Below, one piece after another: positions 38,342 to 49,350 of a DNA stretch of 58,458 nucleotides (positions within the stretch are counted from its first letter, which is position 1; every line of letters starts with the position of its first letter). Source of the DNA: Rhizobium sp. Q54. Its GTDB lineage: Bacteria; Pseudomonadota; Alphaproteobacteria; CADEGL01. The notes under the pieces are model-generated. The model searched no databases, had not been told where the DNA came from, and worked only from the letters and a program-made list of their open reading frames with translations. The stretch is from assembly GCA_945860095.1 (NCBI GenBank), contig CAMAPP010000003.1, positions 1 through 58,458 of the forward strand, in the 5' to 3' direction. The translations under genes were made by a program, and so were the position numbers.

Positions 38342-39427
38342 ATGAGCGATGTGTGGTCGGCGGGAACGGCTTTTCTGCGCGCGTTGCCACCCGAACTGGC
38401 GCATCGCATTTCGATTCTCGCGCTCAGGTGCCGCGTGGCGCCGCGCCAAATCGCGCCGGACGATCCGATCCTGGCGCAACGGCTTTGGAATCGCGACATC
38501 GCAAATCCGATCGGTCTGGCCGCCGGATACGACAAGGGCGCGCAAGCGCCGCGCGAGGCCTTGGCGCTCGGCTTCGGCCTGGTCGAGATCGGCACGGTCA
38601 CGCCCGAGCCCCAACCCGGCAATCCGCGCCCGCGCATTTTCCGTTTGCACGAGGATCGCGCGCTCATCAACCGTCTGGGGTTCAATTCCGAAGGCGTGGG
38701 CGTGGTCGGGGCGCGTCTGGCGCGCCTGCGCGCGGCTGGCGGGAAGTTCAGGGGCCCGATCGGCGTCAATCTCGGCAAAAACAAGGACAGCCCGGACGCG
38801 GCGGCCGATTACGCGCGCGGCGCGCGCGCGCTCGGCCAACACGCGGACTATGTCGTGATCAACGTGTCGTCACCGAATACCCCGGGACTGCGCGAACTCC
38901 AACGCCGCGCGGCTCTCGGCGATCTCGTCGCCCAGGTGCGCGCGGCCATGGCGCCGGCGCGCGCGCCCTTGCTCGTGAAGGTCGCGCCCGATCTGTCCGC
39001 GAGCGAGCGCGAGGACATTGCGTCGGTCGTGCTCGATGGGCGGGTGGATGGGCTGATTATCGGCAATAGCACCTTGTCGCGGCCGACGGACCTGGTGAGT
39101 GCTTATCGGGGTGAGGTCGGCGGGCTGTCGGGCCGGCCGCTTTTCGCGCTTTCGACCGCCGTGCTCGGCGATTTCCATCGCCTGACCCAAGGGCGCATCC
39201 CGCTCATCGGCTGCGGCGGCGTGGCGAGCGGCAGGGACGCCTATGCCAAGATTCGGGCCGGCGCGTCGCTCGTCCAGCTTTATACCGCACTGGTTTACGA
39301 GGGTCCGGGACTCATCGGCCGCATCAAGGCCGAACTCGCGGCGCTTCTGCGCCGCGACGGCTTTGCCTCGGTGGCGGGGGCCGTCGGCGCCGCTCGGCCG
39401 CCGCCGCCGGCGGGCCGGGCGAATTAA
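38342..39427 (+). CDS. pyrD: Quinone-dependent dihydroorotate dehydrogenase
   Basis: GLAAGYDK, INRLGFNSEG, INVSSPNTPGLR and GGLSGRP motifs. Confidence 0.96.
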   Translation: MSDVWSAGTAFLRALPPELAHRISILALRCRVAPRQIAPDDPILAQRLWNRDIANPIGLAAGYDKGAQAPREALALGFGLVEIGTVTPEPQPGNPRPRIFRLHEDRALINRLGFNSEGVGVVGARLARLRAAGGKFRGPIGVNLGKNKDSPDAAADYARGARALGQHADYVVINVSSPNTPGLRELQRRAALGDLVAQVRAAMAPARAPLLVKVAPDLSASEREDIASVVLDGRVDGLIIGNSTLSRPTDLVSAYRGEVGGLSGRPLFALSTAVLGDFHRLTQGRIPLIGCGGVASGRDAYAKIRAGASLVQLYTALVYEGPGLIGRIKAELAALLRRDGFASVAGAVGAARPPPPAGRAN

Positions 39428-39438
39428 CCATGTTTCAA
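39424..39438 (+). promoter_or_regulatory. CtrA-like binding site upstream of the TipF-like gene
   Basis: TTAA-CCATGTT-TCAA: TTAA-N7-TTAA with 1 mismatch, and it contains TTAACCAT. Confidence 0.55.
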
Positions 39439-39520
39439 GGGCTTGGCCCGAGACTTGGGGCCATACGCGCGGGTGCGCCCTTGCCCCGTCGCGCCTCGGT
39501 CACGAGCGCTCAACGCCGCC

Positions 39521-40789
39521 ATGTCGCCACTGTTCCATGCCGCCATTGCCTTCGGCGCGATTGTGCTGGCGGGATTTGCCGCTTTCGGCGTGCCGGCATT
39601 GTTCGCCGACGCGGATAGGGGACTTGCGCGCCTCGCAGGCGCCCTCGTCTTGCTGACCGGCGCCGTGGTTCACGAATTCGTGGCCCGGCGCCTTGAACGC
39701 CGCGCGCTGGTGCGCGAACTCGACGGCCATCGCACCCAGCAGTCCAAGGTGCTTGGCGAACTGGCGCGCTCGCGCGCCGAACTCCACCAGTTGCACGACG
39801 CGCTCGAAGCGGCGCTGCGCAAGCGGACGAGCGGCGCGGCGCGCGAATTCGAGCAGGTCATACGCGAGGTCGGCGTATTGCGCCGCCTGGTCGATGAAAT
39901 CGCTGCCTCGCCCACTCCCCTTGCATTCCAAGGGCCCCTTGCATCCCGTGGCCAAGCGAGTCCCAAAACGAACGGCCAGGCGAACGGTCATGAAGCTGGA
40001 CCCGCGAATGGCCATGACGGCGAGGCGCGCATCGAGGGTCCGGTCGCCGAAGATCTCGGCGACGAGGAAATCCTCGAAGCGGTGCGCGAGGGTATCGCGG
40101 CCGATCGCGTCGATTTGTTCCTCCAGCCGATCGTCAGCCTGCCCCAGCGCCGCCGGCGCTATTTCGAGTGTTATTCGCGCATTCGCACCGCCTACGGCGC
40201 GACGCTGTTGCCGGGCCGGTATCTGGGCATCGCCGAGCGCGCCGGCCTCATCTCGGCTATCGACAATCTCTTGCTGCTGCGCTGCGTCCAGCTCGTCCGC
40301 AAGAGCCAGCAGCGCCGTTTCGATGTCGGCTTCTTCATCCATATTTCGCCCCGCACGTTCGGGGACGCAAAATTTTTGGACGAATTCGTCGACTTCATGC
40401 TCGAGAACCGCGATTTGAGCCGGCATTTGTTTTTCGAATTCGCCGAGGCCGATGCGCGCGCGCGCGACGACGGGGTGGCGGCGGCCCTTGCGCGGCTGGG
40501 GCGCGCGGGTTTCCGCTTCTCGATCGACCAGGTCTCCGGCATTGACTGCGATGCGCGTGCGCTCAGGGCCATGCATGTCGGGTTCGTGAAGATCGACGCC
40601 GCCACGGCCCTGGGCGGCGGCGCGATCGCCAATTTCGCCGATTTCAAGGCCGCGCTCGAGCTCGCGGGCATCGAGGTCATCGTCGAGAAAATCGAGAGCG
40701 AGCCCGTGCTGCTCGAGCTTCTCGATCACCACATCGATTTCGGCCAGGGCTTCCTGTTCGGCGAGCCGCGGCTGTCGCGCGACACCTAA
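39521..40789 (+). CDS. TipF-like membrane-anchored degenerate EAL protein
   Basis: Two N-terminal TM segments, coiled coil, LFLQPIVSLPQRR, ECY in place of EAL, and DFGQGFLFGEP. Confidence 0.75.
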   Translation: MSPLFHAAIAFGAIVLAGFAAFGVPALFADADRGLARLAGALVLLTGAVVHEFVARRLERRALVRELDGHRTQQSKVLGELARSRAELHQLHDALEAALRKRTSGAAREFEQVIREVGVLRRLVDEIAASPTPLAFQGPLASRGQASPKTNGQANGHEAGPANGHDGEARIEGPVAEDLGDEEILEAVREGIAADRVDLFLQPIVSLPQRRRRYFECYSRIRTAYGATLLPGRYLGIAERAGLISAIDNLLLLRCVQLVRKSQQRRFDVGFFIHISPRTFGDAKFLDEFVDFMLENRDLSRHLFFEFAEADARARDDGVAAALARLGRAGFRFSIDQVSGIDCDARALRAMHVGFVKIDAATALGGGAIANFADFKAALELAGIEVIVEKIESEPVLLELLDHHIDFGQGFLFGEPRLSRDT

Positions 40790-40790
40790 G

Positions 40791-41050
40791 GGCGCGCGAC
40801 GCCCAAGTCGGCGCGCAACGCCCCGGTCGGCGCGCAACGCCCCAGTCGGCGCACAACGCCTCAGTCGGCGCACGACGCCCCAGTGGACGCGCGACGCCAA
40901 AACGCCCCCGCGCTCGCCGCCCGCACCTGCGCGCACGATCTGGCGTGCAACGCCCCAGTCGGCGCGCAACGCCCCAGTCGGCGCGCAACGCCAAGACGCC
41001 CTCACGTTCTCCGCCCGCCGCCCGCACCTGCGCTCACGATCTGGCGCGCG
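40791..41050. repeat. Higher-order array of 19-bp units with a longer unit repeated twice
   Basis: GGCGCGCAACGCCCCAGTC-type units (5 + partial, then 2 + partial), each block ending in CGCCCGCACCTGCGC(G/T)CACGATCT. Confidence 0.92.
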
Positions 41051-41076
41051 GCGCGCTCGCGTGGCAAAACCGACCG

Positions 41077-41958
41077 ATGAATCCCCCCCCACTTCGGATC
41101 TTTTCCCGCGTGTCCGAGATGGCGCCGCTTTACGACGGCTACGTGCTCGATCTGTGGGGTGTGATCCATGACGGCATCGCGCCCTATCCCGGCGCGGTCG
41201 ATTGCCTCGAACGCCTGAAGGCGCGCGGCGCGCGGGTCGTCTTGTTGTCGAACGCGCCGCGCCGCGCGGGGGCGGTGGTTCAAGCGATGGCGCGCATGGG
41301 CATCGCGGCCGCGCTGTACGATGCGGCGATCTCCTCGGGCGAGGCGGCGTGGCAGGCGCTCAAGGCGCGCGACGACCCGTCTCATAAGGCCCTTGGTCGG
41401 CGCTGCTTCCACATGGGGCCCGAACGCGACCGGGGCATGCTCGACGGCCTCGACCTCGTGCGGGTCGAGGCACCCAAGGACGCCGAGTTCGTGCTCAACA
41501 CCGGCGTCGACATGGATTACGAAACGGTCGCCGACCATGATTGGGCCTTGGTCGAGGGCGCGGGGGCGGGCGTGCCGATGCTGTGCGCCAATCCCGATCT
41601 CGAGGTCCTGCGCGGCGGCAGGCGCGTGGTTTGCGCGGGACTGCTCGCGCGCCGCTACGAGGAATTAGGCGGGCGCGTGCTCTATCACGGCAAGCCCCAC
41701 GCCGCGATCTATGCCCGGTGCCTTGCCCATTTTGGCGATATGGCGAGGGCGCGCGTCGTGGCGATCGGCGATTCCCTGCGCACCGATATCGCCGGCGCGC
41801 TCGCGGCTGGGCTTGATTCGGTGTTGGTCACCGGCGGCATCCATGCCGAGGAACTCGGGCTCGATCCAGGTGCTGCGCCCGATCCGGGGCGTCTCGGCGC
41901 GCTGTGCGCCGCCGCGGGGTGGGTGCCGAACGCAGTCTTGCCGGCCTTTCGCTGGTAG
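41077..41958 (+). CDS. HAD subfamily IIA hydrolase (TIGR01459-like)
   Basis: LDLWGVIHDG, LSNAPRR, CANPD, GKPH and IGDSLRTDI motifs. Confidence 0.9.
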   Translation: MNPPPLRIFSRVSEMAPLYDGYVLDLWGVIHDGIAPYPGAVDCLERLKARGARVVLLSNAPRRAGAVVQAMARMGIAAALYDAAISSGEAAWQALKARDDPSHKALGRRCFHMGPERDRGMLDGLDLVRVEAPKDAEFVLNTGVDMDYETVADHDWALVEGAGAGVPMLCANPDLEVLRGGRRVVCAGLLARRYEELGGRVLYHGKPHAAIYARCLAHFGDMARARVVAIGDSLRTDIAGALAAGLDSVLVTGGIHAEELGLDPGAAPDPGRLGALCAAAGWVPNAVLPAFRW

Positions 41959-41976
41959 CCGATCCGCTCCTCGCAG

Positions 41977-41998
41977 TTATTTACTAAATAGTCTATAA
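41977..41998. promoter_or_regulatory. Putative TetR operator 1, overlapping a TATAAT
   Basis: TTATTTACTAAATAGTCTATAA. Confidence 0.6.
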
Positions 41999-42040
41999 TT
42001 GCCCCTCTTGCTGATTCTCATTGCTTCGTGGGGGGTATAT

Positions 42041-42592
42041 TTGGGCCGACCGCGTTCGTTCGATGACGATGCCGTGCTGGATAAGGCCCTCCTGGTCTTC
42101 TGGGCCCAGGGCTTCGATGCGACATCGATCGAGGATCTCGAGACCGCCACGGGGCTGCGGCGCGCTTCGCTCTACGGCGCGTTCGGCGACAAGCAAGCCA
42201 TGTTTCGCGCCTGTCTGGCGCGCTATGCGCGCGCGGTGGCGCGGCCGTGGCTCGCGGCGTTGCCCGCAGGCGGCGGGGGAGGGTCGGTCACGTCATTTCT
42301 CGATTCCTTGGTGACCGCGATCGCCGCCGATCCGGCGCGGCGGGGCTGCTTCATGGTCAATACCGCGGCGGATGGCCAAGCGGGCGAAGAGGTCGCAACC
42401 CATCTTACGCGTTTTCGCGACGGCTTCGCTTCGGCCTTGGCGGGCGATGCCCGGCTTGGCGCGGACGAGGTGCGCGGGCGGGCCCAGCTCGCTCTCGCGA
42501 CCATGCTCGGCCTTCTGGTCCTCGGCCGCGCGGGCGAGAAGCGGGAAGCCTTGGCCCTGGCCGTCAGGGCGCTCGGCGAGAGCTGGGATTGA
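42041..42592 (+). CDS. TetR/AcrR-family regulator
   Basis: GRPRSFD, FWAQGFDATS, LYGAFGDK and GCFMVN motifs; TTG start. Confidence 0.9.
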   Translation: MGRPRSFDDDAVLDKALLVFWAQGFDATSIEDLETATGLRRASLYGAFGDKQAMFRACLARYARAVARPWLAALPAGGGGGSVTSFLDSLVTAIAADPARRGCFMVNTAADGQAGEEVATHLTRFRDGFASALAGDARLGADEVRGRAQLALATMLGLLVLGRAGEKREALALAVRALGESWD

Positions 42593-42605
42593 GCGGGCGG
42601 CATAA

Positions 42606-42701
42606 TTATTTACTAATCAAACAAATATAACCCTCGCCGACACCGTGCCCTTCGCTCGATTTGGTCTAGTTGGTTTGAATTATTAACTAATTGATAAATA
42701 A
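42606..42701. promoter_or_regulatory. Putative TetR operators 2 and 3 upstream of scpA
   Basis: TTATTTACTAATCAAACAAATA (42606-42627) and TTATTAACTAATTGATAAATAA (42680-42701). Confidence 0.6.
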
Positions 42702-42740
42702 TTGTTGCCAAAAGATTTACCCGGAGGCGGGTCTGGCCCC

Positions 42741-42910
42741 GAGTAGGACCCGGAGTAGGACCTCGCCCCGAGTAGGACCTCAAGTGAGAGGCCTCGCCGT
42801 TCGCCCTTACGCCATCGCCGGGCGGAAATCGGCCAGTCGGAAATCGCCGGGCGGAAATAGGCCGGGCGGAAATCGGCCAGTCGGAAATCGACCGGGCGGA
42901 AATCGGCTTT
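42741..42910. repeat. GAGTAGGACC x3 and a 14/15-bp CGGAAATCGGCCAGT-type array x6
   Basis: GAGTAGGACC at 42741, 42753 and 42770; array units at 42823, 42838, 42852, 42867, 42882 and 42897. Confidence 0.9.
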
Positions 42911-43040
42911 GCCGGCCGGATTGGCTGAAATCGTGCCCTCCGGAGCGAAAACCGGGCCGGGCGCGTGGACGGCCCATGAGCCGGGTCGATATACTCGCCC
43001 ATTCTTCAAAGAGGCCACATTCTCCAAAAAGGCCAATGGC

Positions 43041-45191
<2,151 letters not shown>

Positions 45192-45195
45192 CACC

Positions 45196-48100
45196 ATGGC
45201 CAAGGCGGCAAGCAGGGCGGGGGCCAAGGCGGCAAACAGGGCGGGGGATATCGCGCTCACGATCGGCATCGCCCTCTCCCTGGGTTGGATCGCGATCGTC
45301 GCGCTTTACGTCGAATACGCCATCGGCTGGGATTCGCTGCTCACCCTGCTCCCGAGCGAGCTTGCGACCATCCTCGCCGGCGGCGCCACGCCCCTCGCGT
45401 TCCTGTGGCTGTTCATCGCCTATCTTCAGCGCGGCCGCGACGTCGAGCATGCCGCGCGCGTCATCGAGCAACAGTTCAGTCGTCTGGTCTTTCCCTCCAG
45501 AGAGGCCGAGGAACACCACGCGTCCGCCGCCCAATCGCTTGCCCTTCAGGCCGACCGGCTGGCCTCCGTGTCGGACATGGCTGCGGTCAAGGTCGCGGAA
45601 GCGACCGAGGTCCTCCGGCGCACGGCGGACGATCTCCTCGCCGCTTCGGAAAAGGCCGCGAGCGGCGCCACCCGATCCTCGTCCGCCCTCGAGACGCCGC
45701 TCGCGGCGATGAAGCAACTGGTCGAGACCATCGAGGCGCGCGGCGCGGTGGCGGGGCAGCGCCTGACCGAGCAAGCCCGCCAGATCAAGGAGTCCTCCGA
45801 GCGCGGCGCGGCCGAGGCCGAGGCCGCCGCCGATCGCCTTTCGCGCGAGACCGCGCGCCTGGGCGAGGTCGCCGATCGCTTGAACGAGGATGCCCTCCGC
45901 GCGGCGCGGGAACTCGAGGGCCACGCAAGCGCGCTCGCCGCCGAAGCTTCGCGCGCGAGCGGGGAACTGAAGGCGATCGAGGACGAGGCCGCGAAGCGCT
46001 TGCGCGGTGTCGCGGGCGCGCTCGACGAGGTGGAGCGGCGCGTGATGGGTCTCGATGAGACCTTCGCCGGCCACTCGACCAAGCTCGGCGCCGCCGTCGC
46101 GCAGGCGGGGGAGAAAGCCGAGGCGCTCGACCAAGTGCTCGCCCGCCAGGCCGGGACGTTGAAACAGGGGCTCGAGCGCGCGGGCGTGCTGTCTGCGGAC
46201 ATGCAGCGCGCGCTCGAACAACAGACCCGCGCGCTCGATTCGCTGTCGGAGCGCCTGAGCGTTCAAACCCAGTCCATGGAAGAGAGCCTCACGCGGCAGG
46301 TCGCGGCCCTCGGCACGGCCGGCGAACACGGCGCGGCGCAGGCGGCGGCCATCCGCACCCAGCTTCGCCAGCAGGCCGACGAACTCATGACCGCGGCGGC
46401 GCGCGCCTCCGAGCGGGCGAGCTCGCTCGGCTCCGAATTGCGCCAGCGCACCGAGGCCCTGGCCGCCGCGGCCGAGCACGTGGGGCAGCGCGCAACCATG
46501 ATCGAGGTCGCGCTCGGCGAGCGCGCGGCCATATTGCGGAGCGCAACCGACGACGCCGTGGGTCAAGTGCGCGCGACCGAACTGGCGTTTTCCGACCATC
46601 TCGAGCGCCTCGGCGAGGCCACCAAGCGCGCCGGCGTTCAGACCGCGGAAATCGAGAATACCTTGCGCGAGCAAGCGAGCGCGCTTGCGGTCTCGGCCGA
46701 CCATGCGGGCGCGCGCACGCACGCCGTGCAGGAGGCCCTGCAGCAGCAGTCCGCGTCGCTGCGCTCGGTCGTCGACGCCGCGGCCGAGCAGGCCGAGGAC
46801 ATCGGCCGCTATCTCGGCCAGCAGGGCCGCGATGTGGCGCGTGCCTCGGTCGAGGCGGCCCAGCAGGCGCGCCAGGCCGGCGAGACGTTGCGCGGCCAGA
46901 TGACCGAGGTGATCGAATCGTCGAACCGCGCCGAAGCCAAGGCGCGCGCGGTGGCCGAGACCTTGGCGCGGCAGGTCGTGGCCCTGTCGAACGCGGCGGC
47001 GAACGCCGCCGACCGGGCGGCCACGGTCGAAGCCACGCTGGCGCGAGAAAGCGAGGCGCTCGACCAAGCGACGGGTGCCGCCGAAGCGCGTCTGTTGGGC
47101 ATGGCGAAGGCGCTTGGCGAACAGGCGGCCGCCTTGTCGAAGGCCTCGGTCGAGGCCGCCCAATCCGCCGAGGCGGCGCGCGGGGCGCTGGCCGAGGAGA
47201 CCGGATTGCTCGCCCAAAGCACGACGGATTTGGGCGCGGCCGTCAAGGCGCTGGAGACGCTGTCGCGCGATCACGCGGCGGCGGTGGGCACGGCCACCGA
47301 ACGCGGCCTCGAAGGCGCGCGCGCGGCCGGCGACAACTTGTCGCGCGAAGCGCGCGCCATGGCCGAGGGCATGGCGGAACGTGCGCGCGCGATCGCTCTG
47401 TCCATCGAACAAGCCGCGCGCTCCCAGATCGCCGCCTTCGCCGACGCGTCCGCGGGCGCCGCCGCGAACGTGCGTGGCACCCAATCCCAACTCGAGGACC
47501 AGGCGCGCGCCGTGCAGACGGCCATCGAGACGGCGACGCGGGTGCAATCCGCCGTCTTGGAAGCGGCTTCGCGCGCCGCGCTGGCCGGCACCGACGACAT
47601 GATCGCCAAGCTCGGTCCCCGGGTGGACGGCGTCGCGCAGGCCTTCGCCGACCGGGTGCGGGCGCTTGTCCAAGGCATCGAAGGCGCCGTGCGCTTGCAT
47701 GTCGATGCCCTCGACGGCGCCACCGCGATTTCGGCCGAGCGAACGCGTGCGGCGCAGGACGCGGTCGGCGAACAGGTTCGCGGCGCGCTGGCGGCGATCG
47801 AGCAAAGTTTCCGCCTCCACATCGATACCGTTTCCGAGGCCACGCGCGGCGCGGGCGAGCGCACCGCCGTCTTCGGCGAGGCGCTGGCGGGCGAGGTGCG
47901 GGCGGTCGAACAAGGCTTCGCCGAACATTCGCGCGCCCTCGCGCACGCGCTCGAGGAACAGGTTCGCGCCCAGAGCCGCGCGATCAACGAAGCGGCCGAT
48001 TCGGCGGTCGCGCGCGCCCAAGCCATGCGCGAGGCGCTCGCCCTTCAAGCGCGCGCCCTCGACGAGGCGGTGCAGCGCCAGGTACGCGATGTATCCACCG

Positions 48101-49341
48101 TTTCCGACCGCACCGTCTCGCAATCCGATCAGATGCGCGCCGCCCTTCAGCGCGACATGGAACTTCTCGCACAGACAGCGGACAACGCCGCGGCAAAAAC
48201 CCAGCAATTGGGCCAGGGTTTCCAGGCGCGCGCGGACGAACTCGACGCCGCCGCCGACCGCGCCGAGGCGCGCCTGAATGCGGTCGGCGAGGCGTTCCGC
48301 CAGCATGCGGGCGAACTCGGTGCCGCCTCCGAGCGCGCCGCGGCTCAAGCCGGCGGCATCGGCCAGGTGCTGCGCCAGGAGGCGCGCGTTCTGGGCACCG
48401 CGACCGACCAGGCGGGCGAGCAGATGCGCCTCATCGGCGATTCGTTCCGCGCCCAGTCGGACCTATTGAACCAAACCAGCGCCCAGGCGGCCGAACAGAT
48501 CAAGCAGACGGGCACCGCGTTCCGCCGTCAGGCCGAGGCGCTGACGGCGTCGTCGGAGGCGGCCGAATCGCGCCTCGGCGTGCTTCGCCTCGCCTTTCGC
48601 CAGCAGGCCGAGGATTTGGCGGCTTCGTGCGACCGGGCAGCGCAGCAGATGCGCGAAATCGGCGTTTCCCTGCTCGACCGCGCCAAGCGCCTGGCGGACA
48701 CCTCGGGCGACGCGGCGGCACGCGTCGGCCAGGTGACCGAAGCGCTGCAATCGCAGGCCCACGGTTTCAACACCGCGCTCGAGCAGGCCGCCGTGACCGC
48801 CGAGCGCGTCTCGAGCGTATTCCGCACCCAGGCCGAGGCGTTGACGATCGCCTCGTCGGATGCGAGCCGGCGGGCCGAACAGGTGATCGAGGCCGAGCGC
48901 GACGCCGTGCGGCGGAGCTTCCTGCGCACGGCCAATCTCATTCTTCAGGATTTGAATTCGCTCGGCGTCGATTTGAACCGCGTGCTCGGCCGCCCCGTGA
49001 CCGAAATCGAGATGAAGCGCTTCCTCAAGGGCGAGCGCGGCATCTTCGTGCGCAGCCTGATCGATGCGGGCGAACGCGACATCGCGCAAAAGATCCGGCG
49101 GCGCTACGAGGAAGACGGCGCCTTCCGGGGCCATGTCGGAAAATACCTGACCCAGTTCGACACGCTGCTGGCGCAGGCCAATGCGACCGATCCCGAAAAC
49201 CTGCTGAGCGCCACGATCCTCACCGCCGATGTGGGCAAGGTTTACATGCTGCTGTCGCGCGCCATCGGCCGGACGCAACCCGATCTCGAGCGTGCGACCA
49301 TGGTCGAACCCTCGCCCAAGGGCGCAGAGCGCCTGCGATAG
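45196..49341 (+). CDS. Large membrane-anchored helical-repeat protein, TipN/GPR(RgsE)-like (1381 aa)
   Basis: Two N-terminal TM segments, about 1150 aa of Ala/Glu/Arg apolipoprotein-like repeats, and C-terminal FRGHVGKYLTQFDTLL...ADVGKVYMLLSRAIGR. Confidence 0.7.
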   Translation: MAKAASRAGAKAANRAGDIALTIGIALSLGWIAIVALYVEYAIGWDSLLTLLPSELATILAGGATPLAFLWLFIAYLQRGRDVEHAARVIEQQFSRLVFPSREAEEHHASAAQSLALQADRLASVSDMAAVKVAEATEVLRRTADDLLAASEKAASGATRSSSALETPLAAMKQLVETIEARGAVAGQRLTEQARQIKESSERGAAEAEAAADRLSRETARLGEVADRLNEDALRAARELEGHASALAAEASRASGELKAIEDEAAKRLRGVAGALDEVERRVMGLDETFAGHSTKLGAAVAQAGEKAEALDQVLARQAGTLKQGLERAGVLSADMQRALEQQTRALDSLSERLSVQTQSMEESLTRQVAALGTAGEHGAAQAAAIRTQLRQQADELMTAAARASERASSLGSELRQRTEALAAAAEHVGQRATMIEVALGERAAILRSATDDAVGQVRATELAFSDHLERLGEATKRAGVQTAEIENTLREQASALAVSADHAGARTHAVQEALQQQSASLRSVVDAAAEQAEDIGRYLGQQGRDVARASVEAAQQARQAGETLRGQMTEVIESSNRAEAKARAVAETLARQVVALSNAAANAADRAATVEATLARESEALDQATGAAEARLLGMAKALGEQAAALSKASVEAAQSAEAARGALAEETGLLAQSTTDLGAAVKALETLSRDHAAAVGTATERGLEGARAAGDNLSREARAMAEGMAERARAIALSIEQAARSQIAAFADASAGAAANVRGTQSQLEDQARAVQTAIETATRVQSAVLEAASRAALAGTDDMIAKLGPRVDGVAQAFADRVRALVQGIEGAVRLHVDALDGATAISAERTRAAQDAVGEQVRGALAAIEQSFRLHIDTVSEATRGAGERTAVFGEALAGEVRAVEQGFAEHSRALAHALEEQVRAQSRAINEAADSAVARAQAMREALALQARALDEAVQRQVRDVSTVSDRTVSQSDQMRAALQRDMELLAQTADNAAAKTQQLGQGFQARADELDAAADRAEARLNAVGEAFRQHAGELGAASERAAAQAGGIGQVLRQEARVLGTATDQAGEQMRLIGDSFRAQSDLLNQTSAQAAEQIKQTGTAFRRQAEALTASSEAAESRLGVLRLAFRQQAEDLAASCDRAAQQMREIGVSLLDRAKRLADTSGDAAARVGQVTEALQSQAHGFNTALEQAAVTAERVSSVFRTQAEALTIASSDASRRAEQVIEAERDAVRRSFLRTANLILQDLNSLGVDLNRVLGRPVTEIEMKRFLKGERGIFVRSLIDAGERDIAQKIRRRYEEDGAFRGHVGKYLTQFDTLLAQANATDPENLLSATILTADVGKVYMLLSRAIGRTQPDLERATMVEPSPKGAERLR

Positions 49342-49350
49342 GCGGCGACG

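Noticed and set aside
40791-41050. CRISPR array
   Set aside because: Units are contiguous with no unique spacers, 19 bp is too short, and no cas genes are in the window.
42720-43040. Cobalamin riboswitch upstream of scpA
   Set aside because: No B12-box or GGGAA...GCCCCCGCAACTGT-like motifs were found by eye.
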